The notes: a model not told the origin generated them from the sequence alone. Positions 1-11,619 are shown, numbered from the stretch's first letter. The stretch is 64,000 nt of DNA from Eutreptiella sp. 'Long Island Sound 2002' (GCA_964036045.1 OZ038378.1:2914001-2978000), one strand, 5' to 3'. Program-made: numbers and translations.

Positions 1-378
1 GTGATACATCCCGACTTCCCCTGTGCATGCACAATAGTCGTGGCGTGCAACATGCGATTTAAAACACCCACTTAATGGACACGTGGCGTGTTTGGCTACA
101 CCTGTATGGGCCATGGCCAGGTCTGTGCTTGTTGTGTGGTGGTGTGGGTGTGGAGGGGGGGGGGGGCTCTGGGACCCAAAAGTTTGTGTACCAGAAATGG
201 CCCTAAGAATTCTGTCAGTAAGTTTCCTTTGTTCCAACCCTATGATCTTTTTTTTGGGGGGGAAGGGCTCCAGAGGGGGGGGGGGGGGGCGCCCATACCA
301 AAAAAAATACTCTAATTCAGGCCTGGTTCAGGCTGAGGCTGAAGCTGCAGCTGTGGTTACAGAAACACTGGGCTATAC

Positions 379-500
379 CTGCGTGTGCTCCTGCTGGAGC
401 TGTGCCCGTATTCCTTCCTTCAAATCCGTCACAAAGACATGCAGCAACTCCGAGTACATGTGTGCTCCAGTGTCCACAGAGACTGCACTTTGTGATGGCT
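379..500 (-). CDS. Internal exon of minus-strand gene A (EPSQSAVSVDTGAHMYSELLHVFVTDLKEGIRAQLQQEHTQ); gene continues off the left edge
   Basis: TCAG acceptor and CAG|GTATAG donor; 122 nt, phase 1->0, matching the phase-1 end of exon 3092-3167; helical coding-like composition. Confidence 0.7.
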
Positions 501-657
501 CTGACGGAAAACACAGTCCCACAGGCCACCACAGCGCAAACCTGTTGTTGGTATTCTGCGGTCCATGTAACATGCCTGCATACATTTGTGTATGTTAAGC
601 ATATGCATGTGTGGGGTCAGGCCTTGAGCTCTTTTAGGAAAGCTGCTCCTGACTGAA

Positions 658-2784
658 GGGCTCACAAAAAGAGGCCAGATATTGCTATTGTGAAAAATGT
701 ACGTCATGTACAAAAAAATCGCCACAGGATGTATTTTTTTTTGCCATCAGCCTGTGTAATCTTTTTTTCATTGTCAGTGCGTGTAGATTTTTCCCCCCTG
801 TTGAGGCGTGTCATCTTTTTAAAAAAAAAATCAATTTTTCCTTTCACTGTCAGCGTGTGTAATTTTTTTTACTGTCAATGGGTGTAAATTTTTAAAAAAA
901 AAATTCTATTTTGCGATATGCACACTTGCCATATCTGCGTGGGACCCCATAGCAACCTCAACAATAGGACGCCGAGTCCACAAAGCACTAAGCATACTAT
1001 GCGGTCACCAATTAGTTGGCACCCGGCCAATATAACAAAATGTAACAAAATATAACCAGGTCTTGGCACTAGAAACAAAATTAGGCTCAAGAAAGAGTCT
1101 TGATACGGCCATGGCCAACATCCTTGTGGCGGCAATAGGAGCAAAACGGGGCAGAAGAAAAGAAGAGAACCTAGCACGCCATAGCCAACGTTAGTGCCAC
1201 CTACTTACAAGTAGTGACAAAACACACGCTTGAAGATCAAATGGGCCTCAGTATCTTCACGTGCAAGTCTGCTTGCCACTAGGATTCACTGTGCACATCC
1301 AAAAGATATTTTTTTCAAGTCCTCTTGCAACTGTGTGGAAAATTCTTGGTCATTTTTCAATTGACCATTTGCATTTTGGGGCTATTTGGGAGGCACCATA
1401 TACCACTAGAACGGGTGTTATCAGTGGCAACATCTGCTATACCAGGGTTGGGTATGAAAAGGGTGCAAGCTCACTCGGTGTGTCGTTTGGAAGGGAGAGG
1501 GTTGGCAAGGCAAGATCGTCTGCCAACACACTACGGGAGGTGGAGGAGGGTCAACCTCCTCAACACCCTCAAAATCCTCACTGGGGGTTGAGTTGATAAC
1601 CCGCACACAGCGATCAGCATTCACGACGCTCAACATGTACTGCACAAAGCCTTTTGGCATTGTGGTGAAAGAAAGATCAACAATAGCACCACGATGGTCA
1701 ATCCCCTGCATTATAAGGGGCAAGGTTTGGGAACCACAAGACCAACGATCACCTTGGAACCCTAAAGCAGTGTGCTCAGTGGCCAATTTGAGGGCTTTGG
1801 GGCCCTTTAAACAAGGGTGCATAAATGAAGTTGGGCTCATGGGGTCCCAGATGGGGTCCATGGCTAACGACAGTCCAAACACAAAGAAACCAATCTAGCC
1901 CCGTTACATCATCGTTGTTGTTCACAAAAGCGTGGTGACGGCGCCAAGCCATTTTAGGAGGAGGCGTGCCAAACTCGATGGTTGCCATCCACCTAGACAA
2001 GCGCCCACTATACAGGAGGGCGATGGTTCATGCACGTGGCCCAACCTCATGTGGCAACACTTTTGACTCAAAAGGCCACAATGTCCTTGTCCAGCAACCA
2101 ATCCCCCTCCACAAATTTGGCCTTTTCATCGAGAAAGGTGCTCCGGGTGTGTTTGTGAGCTACAACAAGTACATCGAGAGTCACGAGACATGGGGATGGG
2201 GGGCGGGGGTTCTTCTTCTCCTTCTTCTTTGAGGGTGGTGGAGAAGCCGACGGAGTGTCTAGAAACAAGTCTGCCTCACTATTTGATGACAAAGCCGGGT
2301 CACTAGATGGCTTCTTCTCTGAGGCTAGAGTCGCGGGATGTCACGTGGGGGGCCTTTTTTTTCTTCTTCTTTGCCTCACCACTGCCCTCTTTGGGGGGGG
2401 GGGGGGCAAATCTGTGCAAGATGGCTACATAACCCCTGCCTTCTCCGGGTCCCCAATGCTCAGCGCGGGAACAAAATCAGAAAATGTCACCCCTACCGTC
2501 CCTGGGGCCCAAAGCTCAAACATCAACGCGTGTAATTCTTAATTTTACGACCGGGGTGTGTAAAACAAATCGTTGCGCTATGTAATTTTGATTGCTGTCA
2601 CGTCATGTACCCATAAAAATTACACACTCTAACAGCAAAAAAAAAAATACATAACACAACAATTTTGTTTGTACACACGCTAGCAGTAAAAAAAAAAGGT
2701 ACATGACTTACAACAAGCACATTGCTATTGCTTGAGTAAAATAAAAAGAGGAAGACCATAGATATTTGGCATTTGTGTGGACCC
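658..2784. mobile_element. Putative TIR DNA transposon relic (GGG...CCC termini, TGAA/TTAA flanks; Kolobok/piggyBac-like target) inside an intron of gene A
   Basis: Left end (A)AGGGCTCACAAAAAGAGGCCAGATAT resembles the reverse complement of the right end (A)AGGGTCCACACAAATGCCAAATAT. Both ends carry inverted GTCATGTAC and TGYYAGCGTGTGTAATTTT-like subterminal motifs. Superfamily is inference. Confidence 0.5.
1720..2292 (-). pseudogene. Frameshifted Ulp1/SUMO-protease-like (C48) remnant
   Basis: Collinear motifs across three frames: EGDWLLDKDIVAF (WLxD.I), HAFVNNNDDVTGLDWFLCVW (HW position mutated to DW), IYAPLF (YDSL-like) and FQGDRWSCG (Q...CG catalytic Cys). Confidence 0.55.
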
Positions 2785-3091
2785 TTAAGCATGCTTCAGC
2801 AGTGGCTGAGGGCTGAGGGCAGGATCCCCTGCAGATCCCACACTGCACTTGAGTCCCAGTGTTCACCGTGTATTATTCGGTCAGTATGGGCAAATGATGA
2901 TGTTGTTGCTGCTGCTCAGAATGGGAATGAAAACGGGTGGAATGGTGACGGGTTTGCAGCAGTGGCGATGATAAGCCAGAGATTCAAGTGAACCCACAAT
3001 ATGTGCCAGATTGGGATGGGGAAAGGCTATCTCCATCTCAAGGACCATGACGAGCCCATGTATTCCGATGGTCACGAGGAAGATGTCCTAC

Positions 3092-3167
3092 CTTCCACGT
3101 ACCACCGGCTCGGCCAACGCCCGGCTGATGAGACTGGTGGTGAGGAATCTGAGTGGCGAGCCACCGC
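3092..3167 (-). CDS. Exon of gene A (AVARHSDSSPPVSSAGRWPSRWYVE)
   Basis: TGTCAG acceptor and AAG|GTAGGA donor; 76 nt, phase 0->1, fits both neighbours. Confidence 0.55.
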
Positions 3168-3934
3168 CTGACACGGTGTTGCACTTTTGCTCAGCTACTC
3201 ACTAAGCAGCTGAGGGCGAGGGGGCCCCAAGCATGTCATTGCTACAGCTACATGGCCAGGATCGCTCCCCTTGCTGGACACTGCACTGGTTGTCACCCTG
3301 TCTGGCACTTGTCCCTAGCGCTGGCTACTTCTGGCTACTTTGCCTTCAGGTGCCCTCAAGCACTCCCCAGAGGCCAACTCCCATGAGCACTCTCATGGTG
3401 CAGGCACCAAGCTGGGCTCTGCTCAGGGTGGTGTGCCACAGATCTCAACGTCTCAACGTGGGCAGGGTAAGCAGCCACCAGTTTGTTCATGGTGGGGCCC
3501 ACATCGCGAGGTGTCGAGGCGCCCCCTGTTAATGACCTTACCTTGTGTCAATGCTGGTGCTATGGCAGGAGCAACAGCCCATGGTTGTGGTGCTGTTGTA
3601 ATTGCAGCTGCCGACACTCTGCTGCTGCTGGTGCTGTCATTGTAATTGTTGTGGGCAAGAACAGGGCACTGATTGATGGACGGAGTTAGTTGATGAGGCG
3701 ATTCTGCGGGGAACTTGTTTGGAGGGGGCGTAGTTGAGTGGAATGATTTGCCAGGGAGGAGGTGAGGGGTCATCTGAGTCCTTGACACGTAGAGTCTCCC
3801 ACAATACAGAGGATACCAAACCCAAAAGGTGTCTTTCGGGGAATGAAGAGACTGAAAATGGGTGCTTTCTTCAGGAAATTGCGCGTGGAAGCTTGTGGAT
3901 GTCACGGGGAAGTGGATGGGCAAATGGATATCAC

Positions 3935-4002
3935 GTGACAATGATGCCACATCTGTTGGACGGGCTGTGCCTTGACGAAAGAACGATGGAGTGCTCGGGA
4001 AT
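3935..4002 (-). CDS. Exon of gene A (DSRALHRSFVKAQPVQQMWHHCH)
   Basis: TAG acceptor (weak pyrimidine tract) and CAC|GTGATA donor; 68 nt, phase 1->0 fits the chain. The true 5' boundary may lie further upstream. Confidence 0.45.
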
Positions 4003-4352
4003 CTATACCACGTACCGCGTGTTGAAGACATCCAAACAGGATTTGACGGGCGCAGCAGCAGAAAACCCCAACCACAACACCAACAGCAGCAGCCACAACG
4101 CTCAGCACGCTCGGCCGCAACCCCCAGTCCCCCAGGCTCTGCCGCTGCTGTATCCACGTCCCTGTGCTCTGATTCCCCGTCATTGACCCGAGTCCCTGAG
4201 CCTCTGCCCCTTGCAAATATCCCTAGCCTCGTCCCGAGGCCCCCAGCCTCCAGCCCCAGCCGACGTCCAGGCCGGCATTCCCCATCCCTAGACCCTCAGA
4301 CAAAAGCATCGAGACAAACGAGGCGACAGGGGTCATCTACACAACATCGGAC

Positions 4353-4458
4353 CTTCTGCAGAGGAGGCGGTGCTCTTTTGGGCTACGCTCTGGGCAGTGA
4401 CATAGCTCAAAAGGAAGACGTCCAACACCGACTCGGACCAGCGGTTCACAATACGGAT
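4353..4458 (-). CDS. Exon of gene A (IRIVNRWSESVLDVFLLSYVTAQSVAQKSTASSAE)
   Basis: CACAG acceptor and AAG|GTCCGA donor; 106 nt, phase 0->1. Confidence 0.7.
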
Positions 4459-4653
4459 CTGTGGGCGAGGGCACATGGACGGCAGCAGATGTTGCGAGGG
4501 GTGGACAGGGGAGGGGGAGGGGGGTTATTCTGTCGCCGATCCTCGCCGCTGGCCACGGACTCCAGGCACCAGCGTGGGCCCTGCGGGCCTGCATGCACAC
4601 GCCTTACACCCACCACAGTGCCGCCATCAACGAAAGGTTGCATTCACAAGTAC

Positions 4654-4762
4654 CTTTTCTAGGATGGCGTCAATGAACTGCCGCAGGCGCGCAGGCTCCG
4701 TCACTTCTGTGAAGTGGCACGCAGCACACGTCCTCAGCTCCCGATTGAGGTCTTGAAGGTGA
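4654..4762 (-). CDS. Exon of gene A (HLQDLNRELRTCAACHFTEVTEPARLRQFIDAILEK)
   Basis: TTTGCAG acceptor and AAG|GTACTT donor; 109 nt, phase 2->0. Confidence 0.75.
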
Positions 4763-5164
4763 CTGCAAAGGGTACGGGACCAGGGGGATGCCTCTTCCCA
4801 CTCAACGTCCCCTTGGCCATTCTTGCACCACGAGCGCCCACTGTTGGCGCTCAAGTCCGCACTGTTTGGCCCTCTCAACCGCAACCATTTAGTCTTCCCT
4901 ACGCTTAAAATGCCCTGGTTTGCCTTTCCGGCCTGATGCCCAAAAGGTTCACCCGGTGCGGCCATCTGCAATCAAAACCCACGCTACAAGGCTCTTCTCA
5001 TCACGACAGCACTCGGACGCATCAAGCACAGTCTGTGACCGTGGCCTACACTTACACTGAGCACACTTACACTGAGCACAGCCGGATATAGCGGTCATAC
5101 GCCCACACAGGCATGATTCTTACACAATGGCGTACCCGTCCTTGACCTCCCGCTGATAGCCTAC

Positions 5165-5328
5165 GCACAGAAAGACCTCCAAAAGCGGGGACCCTGTTCC
5201 TGCTGCCAAGAGGACAGGGCGGCAAAGGTCGGGTCGTCGGTGGCGTTGCAGGGGATGCCATCCACAACATCTACGAACTGCCGCAGACAGGCCGCCGCGT
5301 GCTCCAACAGCGACGCCAGAAATACCTC
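5165..5328 (-). CDS. Exon of gene A (EVFLASLLEHAAACLRQFVDVVDGIPCNATDDPTFAALSSWQQEQGPRFWRSFC)
   Basis: CAG acceptor (alternative at 5369) and GC|GTAGGC donor; phase 2 end matches the next exon. Confidence 0.7.
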
Positions 5329-5670
5329 CTGCCCCGCGGAATTGACTACCACAGCAGGCGGCTGCAGGTCTGAGAAAGGGTACATTGGGGCCTACCAGCC
5401 ATGTCCGCTGTTCTTGCTGCTGTCTTCCTCTGCTCCTCTGCTCCATTGTGCTACCTCTGATCCTTTTCCCATGCTCCTACTGGTGCTTACTGTTTCTCAG
5501 TAATGACTGTGTGCACAACTGCCACCCTGTCCCTGTACCACAACAAGTACACAAAAACCTACACCACACCCACTAACACACAGAAGGACAAGTTTCCGGC
5601 GTCGTCGTTTACCAGCGACCAGCAGCGGCACCTGGTGGCCCATCAGATGCGCAACCTCCCCACCAAGACG

Positions 5671-5795
5671 GTGTGGTGTGGTGTGGTGTGGTGTGGTGTG
5701 GTGTGGTGTGGTGTGGTGTGGTGTGGTGTGGTGTGGTGTGGTGTGGTGTGGTGTGGTGTGGTGTGGTGTGGTGTGGTGTGGTGTGGTGTGGTGTG
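5671..5795 (+). repeat. (GTGTG)25 pentanucleotide microsatellite
   Basis: Perfect pentamer array read directly. Confidence 0.97.
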
Positions 5796-6119
5796 TTTGG
5801 TGTTGGGTTGGAGAACCGGGAGCAAAGCAAGGTACCCCCATGAGGATGGGTGCAGCCAAACAAGTCACGAGAGCCACACAGGCACAAGGAAGGAAGGTCA
5901 CAGGTGCATCACATGCACACAAGGGTGTTGTGGCAGGCGGGTTCGCCCACCAAAAGGGGCGCCCGTCCAACTCCAACTGCAATTCCAACTCGTGGTGGAG
6001 CACTCTGCTGTTTCATGGTTTCTTCCTGTTGCTGGGCTGCGTCGCTGCGGCATCTTGCACCTCCTTCCTCTTCCTCATGTTCTGGGCACAGGCAACCCCC
6101 CATACGGCCCCTGTGAGCA

Positions 6120-6480
6120 GAATGGCTAAACAACCCATGACGTCTCAGGAGTCCTCTACGCTCAGCGCGGGAACAAAATCAGAAGTGGATACCTAACCCC
6201 TGCTGTCTTGGGGGCCCACGTGTGGGCAAAATGGCTACGACCCCTGCCTTCTCAGGGTCCCCTACGCTCAGCGCCAGGATCAAAGTAGAAATGGTGACTT
6301 AACTCCTGCCATCTCGGGGCCCCATGTGGGCAAAATGCTGCATAACCCCTGCCGTCTTGGGAGTCCCCTAATGGGGCATAAAATCAAAAACTGCCAACGG
6401 AACCCTTGCCGTCTTGGGGGGCCAGATGTGGGCAAAATGGCTGCATAACCCCTGCCTTCTTGGGGGTCCACAATGTGGGG
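6120..6480 (+). repeat. Cluster of degenerate 60-70 bp tandem units (ATGGCTRCATAACCCCTGCC...CTCAGCGCGGGAACAAAATCAGAA family)
   Basis: Several units visible. The same motif occurs at about 2400-2515 and, reverse-complemented, at about 62800-62915. Confidence 0.75.
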
Positions 6481-6734
6481 AGGAAATGATGTTATTTTAA
6501 TTTTCCATAACTCAGTATTTTACTTCAGAGAATTTTCCATTAAATCTTTTACTTTGTGAAAAAAAAATTCTATTAAGTGTTTTACTTGGTAAAAATTGTT
6601 TTTCTACTATTTTTTCAAATCGGTATTTTTTTTGTTTTTAATTAAGTAATTGCATCCTGGTAACAACCCCACCAGCAGATGAAATACTTGGTAACAAAAT
6701 ATTGTCGTTATTCGGTTTCAGAACTTGGCAAAAA

Positions 6735-7807
6735 ATTCTATTGCCTATCGGCAAGACACCTCAAAGAGGGAGGGAGTTCAGTCAGTCAATTAGTTAGGTG
6801 GTCATGAAGTCATTTAGAAGCCCCCCATCCCCCTCCAAACACCCAAATAGGACGAAAAACACATAAAGAGGGTGTAAAACATGCTCTACATAGGATATTT
6901 CATCATTTTGAATGGTCAGAATATAAAAAAAATCAGTTTTGTAAATTTCCATTTTTGAGCTGCCGAGGGTGGAAAACTGCATATGTAGGTTGTGCGCCAA
7001 CCCCCTTGGAACCCCCCCCCAAAAAAAACACCCAAACAGCGTGAAAAGTGCACAAAGAGGGTCTAAAACATGCTTTACTTGGGATATTTCATCATTGTAA
7101 ATGGTCAGAATATCAAAAAAAAATCACTTTCGGAATTTTCCATTTTTTACCTGGAGAGGGGGGAACAACAGTTTGTGTGCACACCAAATGCCACTGAACC
7201 ACCTGCCAACAACAACTTTGAAGCTTTTGGGGCTCTCATGGCTCGGGCTAGATGGGCCCAGCAGCCACTACGTGGGTCCCCTTGGGTGCTCAAGTACCCG
7301 TATTGTCACCAAATTATCACCCAAACCCATTCCAAAGGCAACAGAAAGGTTTCTGGAAAAAGTCGAAATTTGAACTAAACAGCCTAACCAGCATGAAAAC
7401 GGCCAAGTCCTCATTGGCAAAGGGCCATATGGGGAGGGGAAGGGTGGACTGGGGGTACCCAGAGTTGGGACCCGGGACCCCCGCCATGGGTTAGGGGGTC
7501 CATATACAAGGAAAAAGTTGTTCAGGACCCAGGTCCAAATACATACACAGCGGCCACAATATGCAAAGAAGTATTGACCCCCCCCCCAAAAAAAAGGGGT
7601 ACCCGGGTACGGGGGGCTACAGGGGTCAAAATTCAAAAATTTATTGGGCGATCATTTTCGGTCCTAAAATGATGGTTTTACAAGGGGTTAGACATCAGAA
7701 ACCATACCTTGGGGTATGCTACGCGAACGACCCCAAAAAAGGCGAGGGGGTGGGGTATACGACGCCTGTGCCTGCGCTTGATCCAACAACCTCTCTTCGA
7801 GGTGATT
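6735..7807 (-). mobile_element. Helentron/Helitron2-like non-autonomous element, full-length copy
   Basis: Sub-terminal inverted repeats CACCTCAAAGAG (6757-6768) and CTCTTCGAGGTG (7793-7804); hairpin TTGCC-TATC-GGCAA (6741-6754) just outside the 3' subTIR, then a T/A run; two internal units of about 190 bp. Homologous to 59551-62460. Confidence 0.65.
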
Positions 7808-8925
7808 TTCGAAAAAAAATTCTTTTACTGAGTTTTACCACAGACCACCCATTCGTCCCTCCGCGCCAGCCCCCTCGCCCGCCCCCCGTGGCAAGGTCCT
7901 ATGACATGCCTCTCCTCCATCCCCCCTTTGACTGTCCTCTGCGCTCTGGTGACCTTCTCCTTGCCCCCTTATGTCATGCTTTCTACCCTTGGGCATGCCC
8001 CATGTGTGGTCGTTCGTTGTTGGGAGAATTCTCTTTCTGCGTCCCTGTCGGCTTGCTGAAATCACCCCGTTTCATGCCTCAACTTTGCTTTCTTACCACA
8101 CTGCCCGTGGTGTGATTGGTTCATTTACCCCATTGCCACACCCATGAAACCATGCAGCCGACGCAGAGATGACACTTCTCTGCGGCAAAAACAACACAGT
8201 GAAAGAGGAGCCAGGTCGGGCCCGAGTGGGTGACATGGAAATGGTGGGGGCATCCATTGAAATTGTGGGGATGCGGATGCGAAAAGCTTATAGCAATGAG
8301 GTTGCACAGTGTCGATTGAGGGTTGTACGGAGTGAGCGCCACACAAATGCATACATCAAGAGGCACACACCTGCAGGGATATCCAGATTCACGAGTCCAA
8401 GTCTCCTGCTGCACGGAATCTGACAAGACCGTCAGAATAAATGCCCAAAAACACCAAAACACGGCACTAAAACACCAATGCAGACACACGCCTGATCCAG
8501 AGCCAACCCAAAACGAACCCAATATTAACCCAAGAAACTGAATGCAAACCCAATAATGCACATACAACACAGTTCCAACAAATCCCAACCAAAGCCACCA
8601 AAAGTTCAACAGGACTCCAGAACAGCAAACCAAAACAATCCCAACACAAATGCAAACACAAATGCACACACGATCACAAACACAGAGCCAAAGCCCAACA
8701 CAAACACAAGCCTAACCAAAAAGAGGCATGATCGAAACACAGCACAAATCCAACTGTCATTCCAATCTAAACCGTGTACAAAGCAGAAACGCATGAACCT
8801 CGAAACGAGAACCCCGATTTTGGCAGACAACAGCAAAACCCGGCCGCATCAACCCGAAAACAAGTACAGACAACAGGTACGAGGGCAACAGCCAGGGATG
8901 GGCTGAAAATCGATTGTGCACGCAC

Positions 8926-9048
8926 CATTTCACTGCCACGCACCATTGTTGGGCTGCTGCTGCTGCTGCTGCTATCGCCGCTGCACCCAGGACTCTCCTC
9001 CACACATCCACACGGGTCTTCGGTCTCGATGACCAATCGCTTCTCAGG
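8926..9048 (-). CDS. Candidate upstream exon of gene A (PEKRLVIETEDPCGCVEESPGCSGDSSSSSSSPTMVRGSEM)
   Basis: CTCAG acceptor and two ATG|GTGCGT donors 18 nt apart; phase 0->0. Paralogous to 13154-13273. Confidence 0.5.
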
Positions 9049-9251
9049 CTGAGGTAGATCGAAAGGCAGGACCCCTGAACGGGTACACACAAACAGAAGA
9101 GACATCAGACACGATTCAAAAGCAAACACAATGCAAATCACCCCACGCAAACCCACAAGAACAAGCCCCAGCAGCGAACGCACTCCAGCACCCAAGCTTC
9201 CCTTGGTACGTGTTGCAAGGGCAAGGTTGCTCCACCAGCTAGAGCACCTAC

Positions 9252-9322
9252 CTTTCCGAGCACTGCCAGTTGGGGCAGTGTTGCTGCTGTTAGCAGTCTT
9301 CCAGCACTTGGAGCGAAAACAT
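9252..9322 (-). CDS. Candidate upstream exon of gene A (DVFAPSAGRLLTAATLPQLAVLGK)
   Basis: TACAG acceptor and AAG|GTAGGT donor; its phase-0 end fits exon 8926-9048. Confidence 0.45.
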
Positions 9323-9420
9323 CTGTATTTCATTGTTGCTTTCCAAAGTTGTTGAGTGTCACTGCAATGCCACTACCCACCAAAGCTGTTGCCTTTGCAC
9401 AAATAAAGGAGTGTTTGGCT

Positions 9421-9570
9421 GAAACTGCGCGCCTTATACGAGGCGCGAATCGGGCTCGCCATGCGCCTCATTAGCGCCAAAAGCCCCCCCGCCTGTGCGC
9501 ATCGTTAGCGCCAAACTCCTCCCCCCCCCCCGTGCGCCTCGTTAGCGCCCCCCCCCCCCCATAGCGCCTC
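9421..9570 (+). repeat. Array of CGTGCGCCTCGTTAGCGCC(AA) motifs separated by C-runs, preceded by hairpin GCGCGCCT-TATACG-AGGCGCG
   Basis: 3-4 copies read directly. The same motif occurs at 11610-11730 (reverse), 11810-11890, 12205-12245 and 12778-12840. Confidence 0.8.
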
Positions 9571-10869
9571 GGCAGTGCCGAACCTTGAAAAGAATTTTTG
9601 GCCCAAAAACCCTCTTTTTCCCCTTTGCTAGGCCGTCTAGTGCACCCCCCCTCCCCATTAGTAAACAGCAAGCAGGTACCCAAATAGGAGGACGGGGCAT
9701 ACACAAGTAAGAGAGATATGGCTGCACACGGGCACAAATGCTAAGAATGCCGCAAACCGAAGCCTGAGAAGGGCCGCTTGTTTTGGTAGTGCCCACCCTG
9801 TGGCATGTGGCATGATATAAAGTCAAAGTAGATGACTGACCACATGTGAACCACAACTATAAATCCACAGCAAAAGGATGATGCATTGCGCAAACAAGAA
9901 TCGCCTACCGAAAGGCAAGCCGGCAAAACATCACAGGGTACAAAGGTTGCAAATATACAAAATAGCGCGGGCCAATGACACATGCCGTTAGGCGAGTGGG
10001 GCCATGAATATTATGTGTGACGAGCAGTGGTATGGGAGGCCCCGATATGTAAGTATAGTGGCAGAAAAGCACACATGCGTTGTCTTGTATGCAAACAAGG
10101 TGGATGACCAATGCATAAAACGAAGCAGGCCAAGGAATGCGAGATTAAAGCGGGAATCACTGCTTGCATTTGATGAATTAACTACAGAGCGGGAGAGCTA
10201 CAACGGCCAGGAGTAGCGGAGGTGACAGCATCCCCACTAGGCGGGCTCTTCCGGCCGTTCTTCAACAAATCAGTGCGGTGGCGCTTGCAACTCTTAGCCT
10301 CCTTTCCCGCCAAACCATCCTAGTTAGAACTAGTGATGGGCACCAACCGAAGGAAGTCCAAACCCGCATCGGTGAAAGATGCAGAGGGGTGACGAACGAC
10401 GTACGCCACACGCTTTCCGCGCAAGTATGCGGGATTGTTGTTCTTACGTGTGGGCACAATGATGGTCACCAGACCAAAGTGTTGTGCCACCACCAAGATG
10501 GTGTAAGAAGTCTTTTTCGGCACGGTATGAATGCTATGAGCGACATCGGACACCTTCACGGGATTGGGACCCTGCAACCGCTCCAAAACCTTGCCCGCCG
10601 TTGTCAAAAATGTGGAGTCATATGTGCAATCACGCCCCACCACCTTTGTGGTCACCTCTGGAAACCTTTGTCCTCCGCCCCCTGGTCCCAAAACTCCCAC
10701 TCCAGCTTCGGATAACCGGGCCGAAGAGACTCCTAAAGAGTAGTAAACGGGCAACTCACACACCAAAGGCAACGGACAACCTTAGTAGGCGTTTCACTCA
10801 GAGTTCCAGCAACAACCTGTGCGGCCGGCGTCACAGGAGTGGTCGTACGCAATGGAGCAGGCACCCGGT

Positions 10870-11619
10870 TCAGTGTCTAAAAGGCCAAAGCCGCCATGGA
10901 ATGAGGCGCATCGGTGAGGTCCTAGCGAACGGTTGCACCCTCCGGCGCACACCATGCAGCCTGGGGGTACAATTTTTTCGAAGGTGCAGGACGCAACCTT
11001 GTACCGCGGCGGAAAAAGACACCTTCGCCGGGCGGTCCAGCGCCCAAGTCTCGGGATTTTTGGGGTCCTCCTCCACCGGCGACGGCTCCACATAGCGGCA
11101 GCGCATCACACTTGCCACCCCACCGTGCAACCACAACCCATTCAAGGTCAACAACACCATATCAACATGGAAGTTCCAATTCAGTTCATTCATATTCATG
11201 ACCACACCCGCCATCGGACGGAGCAGCTTAAAGTGTTGCTCCGCGGCACCAGTGTTTACCCCTGGGACGTCAAAAATGAGGTTTGCCTTATACTTAGTAA
11301 ACTTGTGGGAATACTGGTGAAAACGGGGAATGAAAAAGTTGCGATCATTCGGAAGGTTGAGACGCCGCAACATTGGGACCAAGTGACAAAAGTCGTCGTA
11401 ACCAGCGGCATCGAAAATGACGCCCTGGTCACTCAAGGTATGCAAGAAAGATGCGACCTCATTTCCACCCTCCGCCGTTGCCAGCGTGCGCTGCCCAACA
11501 CACACCCCACAAGGGCGAAATGCTCCCACGACACCCACGCTATGCCTTGCATAAACCGTGTGTGTCTTTTGGCACGCGCCCTCATCCTTGCCTTGGGGGT
11601 TGGTGTTCACGAGGCGCAC
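10870..11619 (-). mobile_element. KDZ (Kyakuja-Dileera-Zisupton)-type transposase catalytic core, C-terminus probably frameshifted
   Basis: Motifs in order: CQK...ARHSVGVVGAFRPCG, AEGGNEV..FL, GYDDFCHL, FFIPRFHQYSH, GVNTGAAEQHFKLL. These match the KDZ pattern (G...C.HG, E, YD.AC.L, FH..H, NTE..EQ). A Cys/His-rich stretch (CMVCAGGCNRSLGPHRC) follows in another frame. Confidence 0.8.

Noticed and set aside
5497-6196. HTTPH/VWCGV repeat ORFs and the poly-VC/HT ORFs at 34.2-35.4 kb and 53.2-54.1 kb
   Set aside because: These are translations of (GTGTG)n and (GT)n microsatellites.
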